DNA of 57,053 nucleotides from IMG/VR virus record IMGVR_UViG_3300035148_000223, positions 1-57,053 of that record. The stretch is one strand, 5' to 3'. This DNA comes from a virus (lineage: Duplodnaviria; Caudoviricetes). The translations under genes were made by a program, and so were the position numbers. The notes under the pieces were generated by a model. The model had not been told where the DNA came from. It searched no databases and worked only from the letters and a program-made list of their open reading frames with translations. Shown one piece after another: positions 17,594 through 25,261 of this stretch; the stretch's first letter is position 1; every line of letters begins with the position of its first letter.

Positions 17594-17797
17594 CTAGACC
17601 TCTTGCTGCGCGTCGGGCAGCGGTGTGGAGCGCACCGAGGGGCAACGGTCGCGCTCCGGGTTGTAGCGGGTCTGGATGCGGGACCGTGTCCCACAGTGGT
17701 CGCATACACGCGTAACGATGATCGTGCCGGGTAGCACGGGAACGGGCGGGCGCACGATGCGCCCGCACTTGTGGCAGAGGGGTTGAATCGGGTTCAT
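17594..17797 (-). CDS. Zinc-ribbon protein
   Basis: CHKC...CDHC; ATGA coupling. Confidence 0.55.
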   Translation of the reverse strand: MNPIQPLCHKCGRIVRPPVPVLPGTIIVTRVCDHCGTRSRIQTRYNPERDRCPSVRSTPLPDAQQEV

Positions 17798-18216
17798 CGC
17801 CGCCCACCGCGCTCGTCGTCTTCGTCCACGCGCGGGCCGCGAATGATGCAGCCGTCGCATAGCCGTTGTCCGCCAATGGACGTGAAGGCCAGCACGATCC
17901 GGCCGCAGTCGTCGCAGGTCACGCCGAGGTTCGGGTTCGGCATGAGCAGGTCGAGAATCTCCTGCGCGGCGGCGCGGTCGCGCTCGACCTGTGCGAGGTC
18001 CGTGCGCGGGGCCTCGTTGGTCTCGGACTCCATGCGGCGCGCGACGCGGACTTGGTCGAGCAAGTCCTCTACCCAGAAGCGCCACGGCCGCAGTTCCTTC
18101 TCGCGGTCGGGATTGGGCATCGGCAGCGTCGTGTCGGTGTCGGTCGCGGTGGCGTAGTCGTCGGTGAAGACGCAGACGACTTCGCCGTCGTTCGTGGTCA
18201 CGCTCACCTTAGCCAT
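17794..18216 (-). CDS. Hypothetical protein with C-terminal zinc finger
   Basis: AAAGGAG RBS; CDDC...CDGC. Confidence 0.6.
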   Translation of the reverse strand: MAKVSVTTNDGEVVCVFTDDYATATDTDTTLPMPNPDREKELRPWRFWVEDLLDQVRVARRMESETNEAPRTDLAQVERDRAAAQEILDLLMPNPNLGVTCDDCGRIVLAFTSIGGQRLCDGCIIRGPRVDEDDERGGRR

Positions 18217-18406
18217 TGACGGTCTCCTTTCGCTCGGCCCGAATCGTGAGCCACTCGTCGCGGCAGACGGGGTGGCAGGCCAGCCAGATGCAGGCTGGCG
18301 GTTCCGGGTGGGTGCGCGCGTAAGCGCGGAACTCGGCTTCCTCTTCGTCTGTGAGCGCGCGGAACAGGCGCTCGAATCCGTCGCGTGCGGTCGGTGGTCC
18401 GTACAT
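18209..18406 (-). CDS. Hypothetical protein
   Basis: GGAGG RBS; LFRALTDEEEAEFR...HPVCRDEW. Confidence 0.55.
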   Translation of the reverse strand: MYGPPTARDGFERLFRALTDEEEAEFRAYARTHPEPPACIWLACHPVCRDEWLTIRAERKETVNG

Positions 18407-18407
18407 C

Positions 18408-18953
18408 TCAGCAGCCCTCCATGATGTCGATGTTCTCTTCCGGCACGCGCATGCGGCGCGCGTAGTCCTCGCTGTCGTCGAACCGTGTCGTGCCGTCGTC
18501 GCAGTCGCCGTCGAAGCCCGGCGTGTGGTAGCCGTCGCAGGACGCGCACTTCCACAACGTGACGCGGGCGCTCGCGGCGACTACCCACTTGCGGCCACGC
18601 TTGATGAGCAGGGGCGCGTCGAGCGGCTCGCCGTCCTCGGTGATTCGCATGGGGCTACCGAAGTCGTAGCGGCTGTCCCAATGCGGTCCCATGAGGAACC
18701 ACGCGCCCCGGTCGCTGTAGAGGCGCGCCCGCGAGTATTCGTTGATGCGCGCCTTCGTGGTGTAGGAGTACCACCCGCCCGTCCGGAGCGTGATCCGGCC
18801 GTCCGGGTGGTACGTGACGACGTCCGTCCAGTGGTAGGTCACCGCGATGTCGCCGTCGAGGGTTCTACGCAGGCGCGTCGAGCGGCCCGGTAGCGGGCGG
18901 CTGTCCTTGCGGCCCAGATAGGCGTTTGCCTGTGCGAAGGTGCGAATGATCAT
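18408..18953 (-). CDS. Conserved hypothetical phage protein
   Basis: IAVTYHWTDVVTYHPDGRITLRTGGWYSYTTKARINEY plus C-terminal CxxC...HxxxFxGDC. Confidence 0.65.
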   Translation of the reverse strand: MIIRTFAQANAYLGRKDSRPLPGRSTRLRRTLDGDIAVTYHWTDVVTYHPDGRITLRTGGWYSYTTKARINEYSRARLYSDRGAWFLMGPHWDSRYDFGSPMRITEDGEPLDAPLLIKRGRKWVVAASARVTLWKCASCDGYHTPGFDGDCDDGTTRFDDSEDYARRMRVPEENIDIMEGC

Positions 18954-19303
18954 CACCACCCCCCGTGCGGCGGGCCGTAGTCGATGGGGGTGATGTCCAC
19001 CTCGCCCGACAAGACCGCTTCCATCTCGGCGATTTCGGTCTTCCAGCGCGGGCTGCGGTCGCTGATGTCGTCCACGCGGTAGCGCCCACGGCGTTCGTTG
19101 AGGATGGCCCACGCCTCGTCGAGGCAGCGGGCGTCCACTTCGAGGATCGGGGCGTGGAACGAGTGGCCGTTGCGGCGGTGCGCGATGCGCTTGATGTCGA
19201 GCCGAAGCTCCAGCCAGCGGAGCTTCGGATCGTCGGTGCGCTTCGTGAAGAGAACGTACGTGATGGGCCGAGGGGGCGTCGGCCAGCGCGCGGGCTTCGG
19301 CAT
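18953..19303 (-). CDS. Hypothetical protein
   Basis: TAGGAGGACCC RBS. Confidence 0.65.
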   Translation of the reverse strand: MPKPARWPTPPRPITYVLFTKRTDDPKLRWLELRLDIKRIAHRRNGHSFHAPILEVDARCLDEAWAILNERRGRYRVDDISDRSPRWKTEIAEMEAVLSGEVDITPIDYGPPHGGW

Positions 19304-19315
19304 TGATGGGTCCTC

Positions 19316-19588
19316 CTACTGGACGGTGGTGAACTTGGCCGACGCGAAGCGGATGCGCGTCGCCATCTGGGCTTCCATGTTGGCCTTCGCCGAGGTCGCC
19401 TCGTCGAGGGAGCGGAAGCTCGCGATCACGTCCCACTCGCTCGGGTCATGCTTGTGGTAGCCGATGAGGTGGTAGACGGTCGCGCTCTCGCCCTGCTGCG
19501 CGGTCACGGTCAACTGGCAGCACAGGGTTCCGATGATGTCGGCGTCCGTCATGGTGAGGCAGGGGTCAATCGCGCTCGTATTCTTCAC
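19316..19588 (-). CDS. Hypothetical protein (start uncertain)
   Basis: ORF fills the gap; its TAG stop is part of the next RBS cassette. Confidence 0.5.
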   Translation of the reverse strand: MKNTSAIDPCLTMTDADIIGTLCCQLTVTAQQGESATVYHLIGYHKHDPSEWDVIASFRSLDEATSAKANMEAQMATRIRFASAKFTTVQ

Positions 19589-19916
19589 GGTTCAGGTCCT
19601 CCATGTTGAAGTCTTCGAGTTGCGCCTCGGCCAGCGCCCGCACATCGGCCAAGACGTCTGGGGAGTTGGGAGTCGGCAGCACGATGTCGCCGCCGTCCTC
19701 GTCGGTGTAGACGGTGTAGTCGGTCACGGTGAAGTCGCTCATCTCGCAACCGTAGTCGCCGGGGTCCGACCACGTCTGCGGGTAGTTCCACCATGTGCCG
19801 CACACGGTGACCGCGATGTCGCCGATGACGCGCCCGGAGAGCGCGCCCACCCACGGCCCCTCAAACTTCGTGGAGCCGAGGGTGCCGGTGCCTTCGTACT
19901 TGCTTCCCCTCGCCAT
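19566..19916 (-). CDS. Acidic hypothetical protein
   Basis: MARGSKYEG...PQTWSDPGD; Asp/Glu-rich. Confidence 0.6.
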   Translation of the reverse strand: MARGSKYEGTGTLGSTKFEGPWVGALSGRVIGDIAVTVCGTWWNYPQTWSDPGDYGCEMSDFTVTDYTVYTDEDGGDIVLPTPNSPDVLADVRALAEAQLEDFNMEDLNREEYERD

Positions 19917-20173
19917 CACGCCCTCGCTCGCATGACGCGGCGGGCCAACCGCTCGTCGATGGTGTACCAGCACTTGCCGAAGAGCCTGCGCTGGCGGTGG
20001 AACTTGATGACGCCCGCCTTCTCCAGCCGCTCGCGCGCGGCCCAGATGGCGTGCGGGTGCCACGTAGACGTCGAGTCGTCCGGGTTGCGGCGGATGATGC
20101 GGATGACCTCGCGCTCGTTCGCGCGCATCGCCCGCTTGATGCGGATGTTCGCCGGGACGGCCTTGCGCTTCAT
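19916..20173 (-). CDS. Basic hypothetical protein (possible winged helix)
   Basis: TAGGAGGACCCATG cassette. Confidence 0.6.
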   Translation of the reverse strand: MKRKAVPANIRIKRAMRANEREVIRIIRRNPDDSTSTWHPHAIWAARERLEKAGVIKFHRQRRLFGKCWYTIDERLARRVMRARA

Positions 20174-20181
20174 GGGTCCTC

Positions 20182-20607
20182 CTAGATGTCCAAGCCACCG
20201 AACTGCGACCACACCTCGCAGGTCACGCCGCACTTGCGCGCGTTCGGCAAGCGGTAGGCCTCGCGGGTGAACGGCTGTCCGGGTCCGCCGTAGTGGGCCG
20301 GTAACAGCAGCCCGTCGCGCACGGCGTCGCGTTCTACGCGCGAGCCGAGGCGCAGGGGGATGAACACCTTGCGGTGCCACGAACCGGCGTCGTCGGTCGC
20401 GTCCACGACGACGATGCCATCGCGGAAGACCTCTTCCACAATGCGCCTCGTGACGTAGTGGTCGGGGCTGGACAGGATGTCGCGCGCGGTGCGCGGGGCG
20501 CACGCCGACTTGCCCCGGAGGTGCGAGCCGGGCGGCACGGGCATGGCGTTGAGCAGGTCCAGCAGGCGTTTGCAGTCGGCTTCGGACGTGGCGATGATGC
20601 TCTTCAT
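20182..20607 (-). CDS. Hypothetical protein
   Basis: TAGGAGGACCCATG cassette; HYGGPGQPF motif. Confidence 0.65.
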   Translation of the reverse strand: MKSIIATSEADCKRLLDLLNAMPVPPGSHLRGKSACAPRTARDILSSPDHYVTRRIVEEVFRDGIVVVDATDDAGSWHRKVFIPLRLGSRVERDAVRDGLLLPAHYGGPGQPFTREAYRLPNARKCGVTCEVWSQFGGLDI

Positions 20608-20615
20608 GGGTCCTC

Positions 20616-20918
20616 CTAGCGGCGGGGCTTCTCGGCGTTGGCATCCACCGACACCACGAGGGCGGCGTAGGCGTCTTCGGCGACGACGCGGTGCTGGATG
20701 GCGTAGGTGACCGCCAGCGCGGCCTCGCCGAGTTTGGCGTAGGCGGCATCGACGACCAGCGTGACCTCGCAGCGGTCGGTCTTGCGGTTCACGGCTCCGA
20801 ACATCACGTCCAGCGTGCGCGTGCCGCCGTCGCGGTAGCGGCTGACGCGGTCCTCGGCTTCGCGCAGGGCGTCGGCAATCGGGGTGGCGAACATCTGGAC
20901 GACAACGGTGACTTTCAT
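20616..20918 (-). CDS. Hypothetical protein
   Basis: TAGGAGAGACCATG RBS. Confidence 0.6.
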   Translation of the reverse strand: MKVTVVVQMFATPIADALREAEDRVSRYRDGGTRTLDVMFGAVNRKTDRCEVTLVVDAAYAKLGEAALAVTYAIQHRVVAEDAYAALVVSVDANAEKPRR

Positions 20919-20967
20919 GGTCTCTCCTAGAGGTCTGTCGGTGTGGGCGGGTTGGGGGCCGTGGGTT

Positions 20968-21180
20968 CTACGCGCGCGAGTCCGAGGAGATGCGGCGGAC
21001 GTGGGTCACTCGGCGGTCTCCGCAGAGGTCGCCGTTCGGGGCCTCGGTGCGGCACGCGTAGGTGCCGTACGGGGTCACGATGCGGACAGGCACGTCCGCG
21101 CTACGCGGATACCACTCTTCGGCAGAGAGGCGGATGCGGGTGCCGACGACGGGCGACCAATCCATACGACGGTGAATCAT
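20968..21180 (-). CDS. Hypothetical protein
   Basis: TAGGAGGACCCATG cassette. Confidence 0.55.
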   Translation of the reverse strand: MIHRRMDWSPVVGTRIRLSAEEWYPRSADVPVRIVTPYGTYACRTEAPNGDLCGDRRVTHVRRISSDSRA

Positions 21181-21188
21181 GGGTCCTC

Positions 21189-21755
21189 CTAGACGACTTC
21201 CCACTCGATGAGGAAGCGGTTGCCGACGCGGCGGTAGAGCGAGATGTTGCCGTGGTCGTTCAGGTAGTGGAAGTACTCGGCCTTCTGCGCCTTCGCCCAC
21301 CGCTCGCGGATGTGGACGCCGACGTTGGTGTGGCGGCTGTCGGGGTTCCGGTCCAGCACGCGCGCGAAGTCGCGCATCTCGCTCGGCGAGAGGTCTGAGG
21401 CGACGACGTCGCCGTCAAGGACGGCGGCGCGCAGGCCCTCGACGTCAATCCAGACGCCGATGTCGGCCCCGTCGCCCTCGTGCGCGCCGAAGTAGCAGAA
21501 GGCGGGGCAGTGGAAGTCGGCGATTTCGCAGAGGGCCGCGAAGTCCTCGTCGGTGTCGGTGCGGTCGTCCGGGCCGTCGTCCAGCGCGCCCATCGCGTAG
21601 TCGCCACGCGTGGCCAGCGCCCGAATCGTGCGGACGGTCGCGCGGTCCTTGCGGGACAGGCGCAGGGGTTCCAGCACGTCCAAGACGGCGGGGATGAGGT
21701 CTTCCAAGCGCAGGGTGCCAGTGGACACGGAGCCGATTCGCAGGGTGTTCTTCAC
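21189..21755 (-). CDS. Conserved phage early protein
   Basis: GSVSTGTLRLEDLIP...YFGAHEGDGADIGVW; AGGAG RBS, GTG start. Confidence 0.7.
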   Translation of the reverse strand: MKNTLRIGSVSTGTLRLEDLIPAVLDVLEPLRLSRKDRATVRTIRALATRGDYAMGALDDGPDDRTDTDEDFAALCEIADFHCPAFCYFGAHEGDGADIGVWIDVEGLRAAVLDGDVVASDLSPSEMRDFARVLDRNPDSRHTNVGVHIRERWAKAQKAEYFHYLNDHGNISLYRRVGNRFLIEWEVV

Positions 21756-21809
21756 GGTGCTTCTCCTGTGGACGTTCGTTGACGTGGAAGGTTCTACGCG
21801 GGAGCCGAG

Positions 21810-22106
21810 TTACGCGGCCAGTTGCTTCAAGGGCTGCGGGATGCTGGCGTAGCAGACGTAGACGGCGAAGCGGGGCGCGCGTCCGGCCTCGGCGCGGGTC
21901 AGGGTCTCGACGTGGACGATAGCGGGGCGGCGGTCGCGGCGGGTGACGCGCTCCACCATGAGGTTGACCTCGACGGCTTGTGTGCAGACGCCTTGCAGGA
22001 TGGCGTACGCGCCACGCGGCAGGCCCCGAAAGCGGCGCTTCGCGGGGAAGACCTTGCGGGCGGATGCGGGAATCTTCGAGCCGTTGAACGTGAAGCCGAA
22101 TACCAT
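21810..22106 (-). CDS. Hypothetical protein
   Basis: TAGGAGGACCC RBS. Confidence 0.6.
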   Translation of the reverse strand: MVFGFTFNGSKIPASARKVFPAKRRFRGLPRGAYAILQGVCTQAVEVNLMVERVTRRDRRPAIVHVETLTRAEAGRAPRFAVYVCYASIPQPLKQLAA

Positions 22107-22115
22107 TGGGTCCTC

Positions 22116-22319
22116 CTACCGCTTGCGAGCCGGGGTGAACTCATCGGCGATGGCGACGCCCGCGTCAGCCAGCGCCTTCACGAGCGCGTCGCGCAAGCCG
22201 CGCGCTTTGTCGTCGTCCCCGAGAATCTTGACGGGGACGAGGATGTCGCCCTTGCCGGGCAGGGCGAACTCGATGCAGCGGTTGAAGCAGGGCATAGCGA
22301 TGAGCGACGTCTTCTTCAT
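22116..22319 (-). CDS. First gene of the leftward early operon, hypothetical
   Basis: AAGGAGG RBS. Confidence 0.6.
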   Translation of the reverse strand: MKKTSLIAMPCFNRCIEFALPGKGDILVPVKILGDDDKARGLRDALVKALADAGVAIADEFTPARKR

Positions 22320-22329
22320 GGCGATTCCT

Positions 22330-22775
22330 CCTTGGCCTGATGGTCACAGCGCGGTAGGCCATGCCGCGTGACGCTCGGTGCGTTTCACTGTCTGGAGGGG
22401 AAAAGGGTTCTACGCGGGGGCCGACGACATGCGGTATGTGGCCAGCCCCCTGCGTAGCAAAGTGGGGTGCCGCGCGAGCCTTGCGGGTCGCACCCGAGAG
22501 AGAGGCACGCTGCCTGACCCTCAGTCACGGCTATGAAGAATAACGCTGGGGTTCCGAGTTCCCTTCGCCAACCCTGCCCTTCCGTCTCCCGCGCTCGCTC
22601 ACCTCATCGCCAGTGTGGCTACCCGACTCTGGGTGGTTGCTGCGCTTTCAACTCTTCTGCGTCCTCCGCGACGCCTTCCGAGTTGGCTACCCTTGGGCGG
22701 GCCGCTCTGCGCGGCCCCGATGTCCGCCTTCACTGATGCGGTGCATCAGCTACTCACGTCATCCCCGATGTCCCA
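22330..22775 (-). ncRNA. Candidate large structured RNA or 5' leader
   Basis: No credible ORF; many stems, e.g. TACGCGGGGG/CCCCCTGCGTA, GGGTGC/GCACCC, CAACTC/GAGTTG, GGGCCGC/GCGGCCC, CTGATGC/GCATCAG. Confidence 0.45.
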
Positions 22776-22804
22776 TGCGTTATTCAGTTGTCAAGTAGGT
22801 GTCC

Positions 22805-22834
22805 AGTATACCCTTGTCAAGGATATGAAGGCAA
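22805..22834 (-). promoter_or_regulatory. Leftward sigma70-like early promoter with an internal palindrome
   Basis: TTGCCT-18 bp-TATACT; CCTTGTCAAGG palindrome in the spacer; a second TTGACA lies just downstream. Confidence 0.6.
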
Positions 22835-22847
22835 ATCAGGGGGTCTG

Positions 22848-22932
22848 GTAAGTCCTTTAGAATCAACAGGTTACAGGCATTCTCAGGATGCCCAGAAAAG
22901 CTAAGTCCTTTAGAATCAACAACTTACAGGCA
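22848..22932 (+). repeat. Two ~31-bp direct repeats, each containing an IHF consensus site
   Basis: TAAGTCCTTTAGAATCAACAGGTTACAGGCA and TAAGTCCTTTAGAATCAACAACTTACAGGCA; both contain WATCAANNNNTTR. Confidence 0.8.
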
Positions 22933-23166
22933 CCCCTATTTCAGGCCCCAGAACAGGCCTGAAAAGCCCTCTGCCCAGATGGCCGATGCGCGGGCTGGTC
23001 GCGGAGGGTTCTACGCGCCTTCCGAGTGGGCTGGGGCAGGGGTCTGTCTACATGTGTAGAGAATTGGGGCCGGTCGCGCGGCAGCTATGCGATACTGCGC
23101 TTCGACACGCCGGGCTGGTCGCGTGTCGCGTTCGCGGGGGAGGCCCGGCCACGACAGGAGCGATTC

Positions 23167-23358
23167 ATGGCGAAGAAGACACCGAAGAAGGCGAAGAAGC
23201 CTGCTCGGGCCAAGGTCGTCGGGACCTTCAGCGGCTCCGGCAAGGCCAAGGGCGCACGGGGCGTCGTGTCCACCAAGGGCAAGCGCACCTACATCAAGAT
23301 CAACCCGAAGGGGAAGGGCGCGCCCACGCCCGGCGGCACCTCGCGCGACTCGGGCTGA
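23167..23358 (+). CDS. Small Lys/Gly-rich basic protein
   Basis: AGGAG RBS; MAKKTPKKAKKPARAK...; 63 aa. Confidence 0.7.
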   Translation: MAKKTPKKAKKPARAKVVGTFSGSGKAKGARGVVSTKGKRTYIKINPKGKGAPTPGGTSRDSG

Positions 23359-23380
23359 GTCCCAGCCTCGGCCCGCATGC

Positions 23381-23416
23381 GGCGCGGTCGTTCCCAGACG
23401 GCCGCGCCATCTTTTC
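23381..23416 (+). terminator. Hairpin with short T-tract after the basic protein gene
   Basis: GGCGCGGTCGT-TCCCAG-ACGGCCGCGCC followed by ATCTTTTC. Confidence 0.5.
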
Positions 23417-23422
23417 TGCCAC

Positions 23423-24085
23423 ATGGACAAGCTGTCCGAATCCCTCGCCATCCTCGAACGGTCAGCCCGCCAGTTCCCCACGGCGCTCGTCGCGTATAGC
23501 GGCGGCAAAGACTCGCGCGTCGTGCTGGACCTCTGCACGCGTGTCTTCGCGAAGGTCGAGGCCATGCACATGTACTTCGTGCCGGGCCTGCGCGTCATCG
23601 AAGAGCAGATGGTGTTCGCCCGCCAGACGTGGGGCGTCGAGTGTCGGCAGTACCCGTCCCACACGCTGCATCAGTCGCTCAAGTCGGGAGCCTACACGGC
23701 GAGCGATGCACTCTTGCGTGCGGTGCCGCCGTGGACCCGCATGGACGTCTACGAGTTGGCGCGCCGGGAAGCGCGGACGCGGATGGTCGTCACGGGCATG
23801 AAGGCGTCCGATTCCAACTCGCGCAAGCGGTGGCTCGGCTGGCAGAAGGACGACGAGGAGATGATCCACCCGATAGCCGCGTGGAACAAGTTCGACGTCC
23901 TGCAATACCTCAAGGCACGCGGCATCCCGCTCCCGGCTGCGGCCGATGGGCAGACCACGGGCGTCTCGGTCCAGCGGGACAACCTCCTGTGGCTGTACGA
24001 CACCTACCCGGATGACTTTGACCGCCTCGGTCGGCTCTTCCCGTTCATCGAGGCCGTGGTCTGGCAGCGGAAGTGGTATGGCTAA
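23423..24085 (+). CDS. PAPS-reductase-family (PP-loop) protein
   Basis: VAYSGGKDS PP-loop; TGMKASDS..R; HPIAAW. Confidence 0.85.
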   Translation: MDKLSESLAILERSARQFPTALVAYSGGKDSRVVLDLCTRVFAKVEAMHMYFVPGLRVIEEQMVFARQTWGVECRQYPSHTLHQSLKSGAYTASDALLRAVPPWTRMDVYELARREARTRMVVTGMKASDSNSRKRWLGWQKDDEEMIHPIAAWNKFDVLQYLKARGIPLPAAADGQTTGVSVQRDNLLWLYDTYPDDFDRLGRLFPFIEAVVWQRKWYG

Positions 24086-24851
24086 GAAGACCTCTGACCC
24101 GGTGAAGAAGCAGCGCGTCGTGAAGGCCCCGGTGGACCCGCCGGAGAAGCCGCCCACCCGCTCGCTCGCGGAATTGGGCATCGAGCGGTTCGTCTCGGCC
24201 ACGGTGCATCGCGACGTCCTGAAGAACGCGCCCTACAACCCGCGCGTCATCAACGAGGACGAGCGTCGTCGCCTGAAGAAGGGCATCGAAAAGGTCGGCG
24301 TGGTCGCCCCGGTGACGTGGAATCTCCGCACGGGCAATCTGGTCGGGGGCCATCAGCGCGTCAGCATCCTCGATACGCTCGCCGGGACGAAGGACTACAC
24401 GCTCACGGTGTCGCAGATTGACGTGGACGAGAAGCGCGAGAAGGAAATCAACCTGCTCCTGAACAACGTCGCCGCGCAAGGCCAGTGGGACGCGGCGGGG
24501 CTGGAAGACCTCTTGCGGACGCCGGACTTGGACATCGAGGCCACGGGGTTCAACGCGGCAGACGTCTTTCGGATGTTCGGCGCGGAGAGCCTGTCGCCGG
24601 AAGCCCTGAAGGACATGTCGGAGCGCCTCGACAAGATCAAAGAGGCCTTCGACGGTGCGCCCGAGAAGCGGGGCAACGCCTTCCCAGACGACTTCTACTT
24701 TGTGGTGGTGTTTCGGGACTATGAAGCGCGGGCCGAGTTCGCCGCCAAACTCGGCCTCGACGACAACCGCTATCAGGACGGCCGGTTGCTGCTGGCGTTG
24801 CTCACCGAGAAGGCTCCGGCACCACCCGCACCCCCGCCTGACGTCCTTTGA
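24078..24851 (+). CDS. ParB/Srx N-terminal domain protein
   Basis: APYNPRVI...LKKGIEKVGVVAPVTWN..TGNLVGGHQRV...EKEINLLLN. Confidence 0.85.
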   Translation: MAKKTSDPVKKQRVVKAPVDPPEKPPTRSLAELGIERFVSATVHRDVLKNAPYNPRVINEDERRRLKKGIEKVGVVAPVTWNLRTGNLVGGHQRVSILDTLAGTKDYTLTVSQIDVDEKREKEINLLLNNVAAQGQWDAAGLEDLLRTPDLDIEATGFNAADVFRMFGAESLSPEALKDMSERLDKIKEAFDGAPEKRGNAFPDDFYFVVVFRDYEARAEFAAKLGLDDNRYQDGRLLLALLTEKAPAPPAPPPDVL

Positions 24852-25119
24852 CCGGGAACGTGGTCGGCGACGGATTCGCGAAGTCGAGGAAGTAGGCCAG
24901 CTTGCGCTCGCCCTCCACGACCGCCCACCGCTTCCGCACCTTCGTCACGATGACCGAGACCGCCTCTGGGGAGCCGAGCTTGTAGAGAATCAGCTCATCC
25001 CCCGGCGTCACTCGCTCCAGCACGGGGTCCGGCCGTTGCCGATACCGCCGTTCACTGACCTTCACCCCGTCCAGAATCCGCTCGAAGTAATACGCGTGTA
25101 AGCCTGCGGCGACTCTCAT
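24802..25119 (-). CDS. ASCH/PUA-like domain protein
   Basis: LHAYYFERILDGVKVSERR...GDELILY; AGGAGG RBS; the only minus-strand gene I call in the late arm. Confidence 0.65.
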   Translation of the reverse strand: MRVAAGLHAYYFERILDGVKVSERRYRQRPDPVLERVTPGDELILYKLGSPEAVSVIVTKVRKRWAVVEGERKLAYFLDFANPSPTTFPVKGRQAGVRVVPEPSR

Positions 25120-25261
25120 CTGTCCAGACCTCCTATGTCTTGGATGTGCCTTATGCACAGGACATCCTACCTGCCCCTCTGGGGTCCAGTCCAGTAAATT
25201 GACCTGCCCTGTCCTCTGCCCAGACCCATCCTGCCAGCCCTCTTCTGTGTAGACTGCCTGC

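Noticed and set aside
22330-22775. tRNA, tmRNA or hammerhead ribozyme
   Set aside because: No T-loop/cloverleaf pattern, and CTGATG is not followed by a hammerhead core; kept only as an unclassified structured RNA candidate.
22848-22932. Possible mini-CRISPR array (two ~31-bp repeats)
   Set aside because: Only two units with a ~23-bp spacer and no cas genes; the IHF consensus explains the repeats better.
23423-24085. cysH sulfur-assimilation auxiliary metabolic gene
   Set aside because: No C-terminal ECGLH motif; pairing with a ParB-like gene next to terS points to another role.
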